Origin: a virus | Strand: one strand, 5' to 3' | DNA: 64,000 nt | Virus record (IMG/VR): IMGVR_UViG_3300025895_000123 | In this document: one piece after another, positions 1 through 6,692 of the stretch | Numbering within the stretch: the first letter of the stretch is position 1 | How the letters are laid out: the number at the start of each line of letters is the position of its first letter | Notes under the pieces: model-generated | The model's input: the letters and a program-made list of their open reading frames with translations, nothing else | Databases searched by the model: none | Told to the model about the DNA's origin: nothing | Position numbers and translations under genes: made by a program

Positions 1-119
1 CGTCTGTGGCCTTGCGTTTTAACTTGATGGTCGCGCTGTGATTCGATTCCATCAAGCGAACTCCTAGGGAAAGAAGACGAGAGACTAATCCCTTTTATAA
101 CAAAGGCCACATCTCTCTC
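1..119 (+). ncRNA. Structured ncRNA, copy 1 (5' end cut off by window edge); homologous to 9770-9936
   Basis: CGTCTGTGGCCTTGCGT (1-17) and AAAGGCCAC (102-110) pair; CTTGATGG/CCATCAAG stem; AGGG..GAGAGACTAAT..CCCT stem-loop; same layout as the 9.8 kb copy with compensatory changes; no ORF. Confidence 0.7.
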
Positions 120-136
120 CCTTCGGGGTTTTTTCT
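117..136 (+). terminator. Short UUCG-loop hairpin plus T-run
   Basis: CCCTTCGGGG followed by TTTTTT; convergent with ORF 137-496. Confidence 0.5.
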
Positions 137-496
137 TTATAAGTTCTTCCATTCCTCATCAACAACTTTATCAGTGTGCATAATCTTCTCACTTTTAAGA
201 ACATTGTTTATCGCTATAGCAGCCTTTTTACTTATTTTTCTAACTTTTTCTTTTGATTCTTTAGAAGCATTCTTCGACATTTTAAATTGCATATTTAATA
301 TTTTCTGTTCTTTCGTAATATCTTCTATTTGATCTTGAAGTTGTTCTTGCTTTCCTTCATGTTTTGCAACTTCTATACTTTTTTGTTGTGGGTCTTTTTG
401 GATAAATTTCTTGAGAAGAAGCATTATTCCACCAAAGAGTGCAACACTTCCAAGACCAAATATCCCTATCTTAGCAGCACCTAACGATTCTAACAT
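137..496 (-). CDS. Membrane-anchored coiled-coil protein
   Basis: N-terminal hydrophobic helix (IGIFGLGSVALFGGIMLLL) then Lys/Glu/Gln-rich coiled coil. Confidence 0.6.
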   Translation of the reverse strand: MLESLGAAKIGIFGLGSVALFGGIMLLLKKFIQKDPQQKSIEVAKHEGKQEQLQDQIEDITKEQKILNMQFKMSKNASKESKEKVRKISKKAAIAINNVLKSEKIMHTDKVVDEEWKNL

Positions 497-512
497 ATTG
501 TATACCTCTTAA

Positions 513-845
513 TTACGCAGCTTTCTTTAGTTTTGGCACATTAACACGAAGTACACCTTTCCTTCTTTCAGGACCAATGTATCTAGGATATTTTTTCTTT
601 TTTTGTCCCATCTTAGATAATTCTTGTTTTGTTATAGTAATCGCACCATGTTTTGCTGCATTTGATAACCTTAATAACCTATCTTTTCTTTCGTTACTTA
701 AAGGAACATTAGGTCTGGAAATCATATTAAATATTTCGTCACTCTTTTTATTTAAACTATTAGATGCATTAAATCGATTCTTCTCAGACCTATTCCGAAT
801 TGTCTCCTCTGGACTATATATTCTTACTTCAACTATAGATATCAT
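513..845 (-). CDS. Small basic hypothetical protein
   Basis: 110 aa, Lys/Arg-rich, overlaps upstream gene by 4 nt; MISIVE start weakly resembles the MIxxxxLFE family. Confidence 0.6.
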   Translation of the reverse strand: MISIVEVRIYSPEETIRNRSEKNRFNASNSLNKKSDEIFNMISRPNVPLSNERKDRLLRLSNAAKHGAITITKQELSKMGQKKKKYPRYIGPERRKGVLRVNVPKLKKAA

Positions 846-1225
846 AGGTCTTCCTCATCTCTTTTCGACAGTCTTAATTTTTTCACTTTATTGGTAGGTA
901 CTCGAGGATCAATATACTCAGGAAGTTTCTCTTTTTTATCAGGATCAGTAAATCTAAGAACTGTTGTTTTACCTAATAATTTGTAATCATCTTGCGGCAA
1001 TTTAGTATTTTCAGCATCAGGTAGCACAGATTCTCCTGGTTCAACTTCAACTTCTTTATCAGGATCAACAGCTAAATCCATACTACCGAATGGAACATCC
1101 TCTGATTTTGCAGCAGGTTCATCAAATCGAATCTCATCCTTTTTAATCCAACCCTCTAAATTTATCTTTGGTAATGATTTATCCTCAATACCAAACGTAT
1201 TAACAAAAGGACTGTCTTCAGACAT
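842..1225 (-). CDS. Hypothetical protein (acidic, Pro-rich)
   Basis: 127 aa ORF in tightly packed operon with GGAG RBS. Confidence 0.6.
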   Translation of the reverse strand: MSEDSPFVNTFGIEDKSLPKINLEGWIKKDEIRFDEPAAKSEDVPFGSMDLAVDPDKEVEVEPGESVLPDAENTKLPQDDYKLLGKTTVLRFTDPDKKEKLPEYIDPRVPTNKVKKLRLSKRDEEDL

Positions 1226-1235
1226 AGTTACTCCT

Positions 1236-1748
1236 TTACGCCGTTAATTGTACTTGAGACACAGGTATACCCGATGTTTGTTTTCGAATATTACCTTCTC
1301 GTTGCCATCTACTCGCTATACCCGCTAATTTTCTAAGAGTTAATGATCCAAGAACACCAAGAGCAGCAGCACCTATTAATCCTGTTGCTATTGCAGTACC
1401 AACAGTAGGTGCTAATCCAATAGAAGCAAGCAATCCTGCTACTCCGCCAATATATGCTCCCATTCCTGCACCAACACCAGCACCTTGTTTCTTAGCAACA
1501 GTATCGACTTCATTGAGATATTGCTTAACATCTTTATCTTTTAGTGATTTAAGAATTTTTTGTTTGTCTTGAAAAGACATTTTTTTACCAGATGTTAAAG
1601 TTTCGCTTAATGCAATGAATTCTTGAACAGATGGTTTCTCAATTAAATCTTCAATTGGTCTACCTATAAAAAATCTTTTCATTTTACTTAACATGCCCTC
1701 GAATAATAAGTATTCTTCGTCTTCAAATAGGTATGCAGTTGGTATCAT
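1236..1748 (-). CDS. MIxxxxLFE-tag protein with Gly/Ala-rich hydrophobic segment (putative internal virion protein)
   Basis: Starts MIPTAYLFE; glycine-zipper-like GAGVGAGMGAYIGGVAG segment. Confidence 0.6.
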   Translation of the reverse strand: MIPTAYLFEDEEYLLFEGMLSKMKRFFIGRPIEDLIEKPSVQEFIALSETLTSGKKMSFQDKQKILKSLKDKDVKQYLNEVDTVAKKQGAGVGAGMGAYIGGVAGLLASIGLAPTVGTAIATGLIGAAALGVLGSLTLRKLAGIASRWQREGNIRKQTSGIPVSQVQLTA

Positions 1749-1800
1749 TTTAGTTATCCTTTACCTTTATTTTCAAACTTAATAAAGAAATAGTCAATTT

Positions 1801-1835
1801 AATAATTAATTAATATGTATAGAAATTGTTAAAAT
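1801..1835 (+). promoter_or_regulatory. Conserved phage promoter motif
   Basis: TATAGAAAT at 1818-1826 then TGT-TAAAAT; upstream of + strand cassette. Confidence 0.65.
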
Positions 1836-1880
1836 AACCCCATCCATTTATATTTATTTAATAATTAGAAGGAGATCAGA

Positions 1881-2075
1881 ATGGCTAATGTAAATCCGGA
1901 GTGTGCCGTAGTTTTGTCTTTGTCGAATTTGTTTAATGACCCTCTTGTCCGTGAAGAACTAAAAAACGACCATGTAAAAAACTGTGATCTATGTAGACTG
2001 TATGACAAATTTTATTCAACTAAGGAGGAAAGTCTAATATGGGTGGAAGATATATCATCTCAGAAGCACAAATAA
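1881..2075 (+). CDS. Hypothetical protein
   Basis: AAGGAG RBS; 64 aa with CxxC. Confidence 0.5.
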   Translation: MANVNPECAVVLSLSNLFNDPLVREELKNDHVKNCDLCRLYDKFYSTKEESLIWVEDISSQKHK

Positions 2076-2863
2076 ACTCACTAAGATTGAATGCACAGAA
2101 TAAAAATCTTGATGAATGTATAAATATCATTAAATACATTGAAAAATTTCAATTGATGCAACAATCTTATGACTCAATAGAAAATGATATTACATTATTA
2201 AGAAAATGTTATCATATGTCTGAAAAACTCACACCAAATACTTTCCTCATTACCGGATTTGACATAAAAACAATGTTGTGTGATGAAAACTTTAAAGAAA
2301 TTATATCAACAACATCTGAAATTAAAGAAACTCAATGGATAGGGCATTTTTCCCAACCAATTAAAAAACAAATTGAAGATATACAAGCATCTATATCTAT
2401 AGTTTTAGCTTTAGAACAAAACGAAGAGGAGGAAGCAATGGGAGGAAGATACATTATCACAGATGTTCAATTCGGTTTATTAAGAACGCATGCAGATGCA
2501 AATAATCAGATTCAATGTGAAAAATTAATCAATAGCGTAGCAGAAAAACAATGGATTGGTCATTCCCTTAGGAAACTTGATGAAGACATCGAAGCACTTC
2601 GAAACCTTCCACTTGATAAGGGACAACTAACTGAAATATATGTTATCACCGGTGTTGAGATTGGTCTGATATTGGCAGATATTCAACATGAAAATTTTAC
2701 AAAAATTATGATTGATATTCATAATCTCAAAAAAACCCGGTTGATACATAAAACTAATCGTCCAATTAATGAACATGTAGATGATACATCAAAATGTTTT
2801 TCTAATCTAGAAAATGTAATTGGTGAAGAAATATTTGAGGGTATAGATAATGAAAAAATCTGA
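2039..2863 (+). CDS. Hypothetical protein built from tandemly duplicated domains
   Basis: MGGRYIISEAQ.. and MGGRYIITDVQ.. repeats; each half has a second related subrepeat. Confidence 0.7.
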   Translation: MGGRYIISEAQINSLRLNAQNKNLDECINIIKYIEKFQLMQQSYDSIENDITLLRKCYHMSEKLTPNTFLITGFDIKTMLCDENFKEIISTTSEIKETQWIGHFSQPIKKQIEDIQASISIVLALEQNEEEEAMGGRYIITDVQFGLLRTHADANNQIQCEKLINSVAEKQWIGHSLRKLDEDIEALRNLPLDKGQLTEIYVITGVEIGLILADIQHENFTKIMIDIHNLKKTRLIHKTNRPINEHVDDTSKCFSNLENVIGEEIFEGIDNEKI

Positions 2864-3290
2864 ATTGATTAAAACTATCATAGCTGTATTAAAATACGAG
2901 GACCACGACCACGCTACCGGGGTTTTTAACGTAGGACAATTAGCCAAGGATCGAGTAAGAGATATGCTTTCACTTCACAGAGAAGATTCTTTAACATACG
3001 CAATACAACATGCTAAGATTAAAGAATTAAGAGAGGTATATGATTATCTCGAAAAATACATAGAACATATGATCAAATATCCTGTTGAAAAATGTCCGTT
3101 GTGTCAAACGTTAAGTAGACAAGTGAATTTTAGGAAAAATACATTCGTTGTCGAATTAGCGGAAAATTACATCCCTACCTTAGTCAGCCATGTTGGTAGG
3201 GGTAAAGCAATTAAACGAATTGTAGAGGAAGCCTCAGTTTCCCTTAAAATTCAAGCAGCACAAGCTATTGACAATTTAGCTAAGAAATAA
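2850..3290 (+). CDS. Hypothetical protein with CxxC
   Basis: 146 aa ORF overlapping upstream stop; CPLC motif. Confidence 0.6.
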   Translation: MKKSELIKTIIAVLKYEDHDHATGVFNVGQLAKDRVRDMLSLHREDSLTYAIQHAKIKELREVYDYLEKYIEHMIKYPVEKCPLCQTLSRQVNFRKNTFVVELAENYIPTLVSHVGRGKAIKRIVEEASVSLKIQAAQAIDNLAKK

Positions 3291-3329
3291 ATTAAAGATG
3301 AGGGACGTAGACTTTGTTAAATAATGATT

Positions 3330-3350
3330 AGCCCCTTCGGGGGCTTTCTA
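3330..3350 (+). terminator. Intrinsic terminator
   Basis: AGCCCCTTCGGGGGCTTTCT hairpin with UUCG loop. Confidence 0.65.
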
Positions 3351-3372
3351 TCTACTAAAGAAAGGGAAGATA

Positions 3373-3657
3373 ATGGATGACAACATATATAGAAAAGTTT
3401 TTGATGAAGTAATTAAGGTACCAGAGAAAGATCTGTTTGAAATATTTTTTTCATGTAAAGAAGATATGAAAAAAATTGAAAAAGACTTAATCCCAAGAAC
3501 AAGATGCACAAGCATGATTAAATTAGTACAGTACTTATTAACTGCATACATATGTAGAAACTCAGAGGTGTCAAGAAATGAACAATCAGATAAAGGGTAT
3601 CCACGAATGGATGTACTCTACACTTTAGACCTTAAAGAAAGGGAAACAAATGAGTAA
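3373..3657 (+). CDS. Hypothetical protein, paralog of 3650-3847
   Basis: KVFDEVIKVPEKDLFEIFFSCKEDMKKIE aligns with KVLKEVEKLSNKDLASLYLSCKQKMKEIE. Confidence 0.65.
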   Translation: MDDNIYRKVFDEVIKVPEKDLFEIFFSCKEDMKKIEKDLIPRTRCTSMIKLVQYLLTAYICRNSEVSRNEQSDKGYPRMDVLYTLDLKERETNE

Positions 3658-3847
3658 ATATGTATTTATAAAAGTACTTAAAGAAGTTGAAAAATTGTCT
3701 AATAAAGATCTAGCATCATTATATCTTTCATGTAAACAAAAAATGAAGGAAATCGAAGCCGAAGAAATTCCAAAAGCAAAAGGTGAAAGTGTTCGTGAAT
3801 TATTACAACAAATATTAACTAAATATTTATGTAAAGAATCGAAATAA
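3650..3847 (+). CDS. Hypothetical protein, paralog of 3373-3657
   Basis: Shared KD..SCK..MK.IE..IP...LLxxY motif. Confidence 0.65.
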   Translation: MSKYVFIKVLKEVEKLSNKDLASLYLSCKQKMKEIEAEEIPKAKGESVRELLQQILTKYLCKESK

Positions 3848-3853
3848 TCTCTC

Positions 3854-4111
3854 TCAATTAGGGGATGTTCCTGGAGAACTCCCCGGTTGAGGGTTTTCTT
3901 TTTTAACTATCTCCGTAATCTTCTTTTGCATCCATAGTTCAGTATCTTTTGTATTCTGACTGTCTGGATGAACACAATAATTTGTTCCTTGCCTTGGTGG
4001 CATAGATCTAATCGTATCTGCGTCATGTTCAGTTAACATAACTAATATAGTTATATCCTTAGAATCAAATTCTAAGTCAAGACTATCGTTACCCTTTATT
4101 ATTACTTTCAT
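3854..4111 (-). CDS. Hypothetical protein
   Basis: 85 aa ORF with AAGGA RBS, divergent from the RAMP gene. Confidence 0.55.
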   Translation of the reverse strand: MKVIIKGNDSLDLEFDSKDITILVMLTEHDADTIRSMPPRQGTNYCVHPDSQNTKDTELWMQKKITEIVKKENPQPGSSPGTSPN

Positions 4112-4124
4112 ATTAATCCTTTTT

Positions 4125-4159
4125 GGTATTCATGGCATACATATAGAAATATATACAAT
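4125..4159 (+). promoter_or_regulatory. Conserved phage promoter motif driving the RAMP gene and array
   Basis: TTCA ends 4132, 9 nt gap, TATAGAAAT 4142-4150, then ATA-TACAAT. Confidence 0.7.
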
Positions 4160-4238
4160 AGAGGTAGAAGCATGAGGCTTCTACCATTTTAATTTACCGA
4201 ACCTACCCCAGGGGATAAATAGGGGGAAAGGATTTATC

Positions 4239-5204
4239 ATGGCTGAATATAAAACGAAGGAGAATGTCAAATCTCGAAAAAAGAAAAAAGTCTGGGAGTA
4301 CTATCAAGTCAATTTTCTTCTCAGGACTGAGATGTTAGGTACTTGTGCCGAAGCGTCTATCATGGAAATTCATGTCATTGAGAAGGCCAAAAAACAGATC
4401 ACTAAAGCAAATCGACTTGACAAGAAAATTAAGGCGTTAGATAAATTCAAAGGATCAGAAATTTCTGAAGAAAAAGAAATCGATGAACTCCAGGGTGTTA
4501 TTCGCACCTACATGGAACTAACGGGGAAACCAGCTCATGAAACTTTACCCCGTGATAAAAAAGAGTTAATGCAAATTGCTGAAGAAGTCCGAGATGAATT
4601 TCATGAACTTGTTAAAGCGGGTGAAGATGTTAAAGCAACTGTCTTCATGAGAAACACCAAGGTCAACCTTGGAATGGAACTTGAACCAGATGAAGACGAA
4701 ACAACAACATGGCCAATAATATCCACTCATATGCTCCTTGGAAATTTCAAGGAGAATGCGAATATTGTCATCAATGGAACTCATAAAGATGACAAAAAGA
4801 GTTTATTACCAGCACAACTTTCTACTAAGGTAAGTGTCGGTGAACAATTCGCAATGAGTGTCAAACCAGTGGAACCTTTCATGATTCCTAGTAATGACAT
4901 TGTCCGTAATGGTAATGGTGATCGGGAGATTCTTGAAAGAATTGTTAGATGGACAAATAACTTTGGAAAGACTGAAACTGCTATCGCAACATCTGAGATG
5001 CTTCCAGAAGGAACTACTTTCGGATGTATACTCCGTGTTCGGAAAAATTCTCCAATTAGTGAAGACTTTCTTAAAGAATTACTGGAGTATGGTAAAAACA
5101 ATGGCCTTGGTTCCTGGAGAGGTTCTGGGAACAAAGGATCATATTACTGGCAATTAGAGAAACTTGTTGATTACATGGAAGATAAACCGGATGGTTGGAA
5201 CTAA
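4239..5204 (+). CDS. Stand-alone Cas7/Csm3/Csf2-like RAMP-superfamily protein
   Basis: RAMP-like elements: N-terminal strand YYQVNFLLRTEMLGT, PIISTHMLLGNFKENA helix, SEMLPEGTTFGCILRV strand, C-terminal Gly-rich loop GLGSWRGSGNKG; helical insertion after the first strand. Confidence 0.75.
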   Translation: MAEYKTKENVKSRKKKKVWEYYQVNFLLRTEMLGTCAEASIMEIHVIEKAKKQITKANRLDKKIKALDKFKGSEISEEKEIDELQGVIRTYMELTGKPAHETLPRDKKELMQIAEEVRDEFHELVKAGEDVKATVFMRNTKVNLGMELEPDEDETTTWPIISTHMLLGNFKENANIVINGTHKDDKKSLLPAQLSTKVSVGEQFAMSVKPVEPFMIPSNDIVRNGNGDREILERIVRWTNNFGKTETAIATSEMLPEGTTFGCILRVRKNSPISEDFLKELLEYGKNNGLGSWRGSGNKGSYYWQLEKLVDYMEDKPDGWN

Positions 5205-6164
5205 TCATAACGCAATGGTTGGATGCTATTTTGTCCAGTAAATCTTTGTAACGGTGGGATGAATTACATCCTTGTGCCATCATGTTATGGTCATCTAACG
5301 CAATCTCAAGTGTTTTCTAGAGGTGGGATACCGTAGTATCTGTTGTAATTTCGTAACGGCAAACTAGGGTGGATCTTACGTGGATTTGAATTACCTCATG
5401 TATTGGTAAAGCAGTCTGTGATGATTTAAGATGGAGCGTTGTTACGGTCTGGTATCATGAGTTCCCGTTACCTGTGGTGTTGGTAGATTAATATCGTGTA
5501 TGATGCGATTAAGTCTAATCTCGTCTTGGTAAAATGGGATGGTACGATGCGATGTCTAGGTCAAATTAAGTCTTGGAAAGTGGACTGGTCTCTGATTATG
5601 TAACGTCAAGGTACGATACTATGAGGTGTTATGCCATCTTGTATGATAAACTAGAGTACAGGTCGGGTACGATGCGATTTAGCAATGTATCCTTTGTTCC
5701 GGTATTGGCCCAACCAAGTCATGCAATTTGTAGTGTTGGTGAATCGGGGTAGGGTTTGATTGAGTTGAGTATATTTACCTGATTTAATGTCTCGTATTGG
5801 TCCATTTTTGTCTCGAATGTGAGATAGGGTTGGATGGTGTTTTGGTAATATGCGATAATGTGACTTAACTCAAAACATCGCAAAATATCGTCGAGGTAAA
5901 GTAAAGTTCTATAGTGTGAACTAAAGTGTTGGTACGATGCCTAGTACAGGTGTATTTGAGCTGGATTTTTTGATGCAATACATCGTGGCGACAAATAAAA
6001 TAAAGCAAAGTAATAAACTAGTATAAGTATTCGTATTTAGTAACGGTACATTAAAGTGCTGTCCGTTCCGGTACAGGTGGGATGGTATGATGTTCTGTAT
6101 GATATAGTAATATCGGATTATGTGAAGTAGTGGTAAGATGAGATGTGATATAGTCACGTCGCGT
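5205..6164 (+). repeat. Non-coding pentamer-periodic array (NNNNY units punctuated by NNNGGY hexamers); putative guide-RNA array
   Basis: Pyrimidine (mostly T) at nearly every 5th base, e.g. 5613-5663 ACGAT ACTAT GAGGT GTTAT GCCAT CTTGT ATGAT AAACT AGAGT ACAGGT; starts at the RAMP stop codon, ends at a terminator. Confidence 0.85.
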
Positions 6165-6173
6165 CAACACCAA

Positions 6174-6209
6174 GATCCCCTTCTTCGGAGGGGGATCAAA
6201 CTTTTTTTT
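6174..6209 (+). terminator. Intrinsic terminator closing the RAMP-array transcript
   Basis: GATCCCCTTC-TTCG-GAGGGGGATC stem followed by AAAC and T8. Confidence 0.8.
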
Positions 6210-6245
6210 AATATTCATACAATATATATAGAAATAACGTATACT
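6210..6245 (+). promoter_or_regulatory. Conserved phage promoter motif
   Basis: AATATTCA (ends 6217)-N9-TATAGAAAT (6227-6235)-AACG-TATACT. Confidence 0.7.
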
Positions 6246-6272
6246 AAACCATAAAAAATAAGGAGGATTTTC

Positions 6273-6527
6273 ATGGAAAAATGGAAATCAGGATTTATGA
6301 AGGATATGGAAGCTTTAGAAGAAAAAGCAAAATTGGATAAAAAACCAATTCCTACAGGTGTCCAAGCCATTCTAGATAAAATATCTAACGGTTATTGGAT
6401 TTCTAATCTACCAAAACTAGATCAGAAACTGCTCGAACTAAATTGTTGTAAGCGACCAAAAATCGAAATAGCAAAGATTAAAGCATACCAAGAATGTGTC
6501 AAAAAATTTCCACATTTGATAACTTAA
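6273..6527 (+). CDS. Hypothetical protein
   Basis: AAGGAGG RBS; monocistronic between promoter and terminator. Confidence 0.65.
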   Translation: MEKWKSGFMKDMEALEEKAKLDKKPIPTGVQAILDKISNGYWISNLPKLDQKLLELNCCKRPKIEIAKIKAYQECVKKFPHLIT

Positions 6528-6544
6528 CTTCATAAAATCACACA

Positions 6545-6586
6545 AAGAAAATCCTCCATTCCCTTAACGGGGATTTTCTTCTTTTT
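6545..6586. terminator. Bidirectional terminator
   Basis: AAGAAAATCC..GGATTTTCTT inverted repeat between convergent genes. Confidence 0.55.
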
Positions 6587-6692
6587 AGAATAAAAGACCA
6601 CCTTGTTCATCCCACGAGCGCTATGAATTAGAGCTATAATTTGTCTAATTCTTCTATAGTCCCCTGCAACTACCCACAGATTCTCTTATCCT

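Noticed and set aside
577-897. Long antisense ORFs (e.g. 577-897, 4566-4784, 4781-5134, 9509-9865, 16003-16284, 44182-44511, 48222-48566)
   Set aside because: They lie opposite well-supported genes and lack RBS and motifs.
5921-6157. 78-aa minus-strand ORF (also 5071-5283) overlapping the array
   Set aside because: No RBS or promoter, odd composition; a by-product of the periodic sequence and antisense to the RAMP unit.
5205-6164. Canonical CRISPR array downstream of the Cas7-like gene
   Set aside because: No recurring 25-45 nt direct repeat separated by unique spacers; conservation is limited to a 5-nt phase and GGY punctuation.
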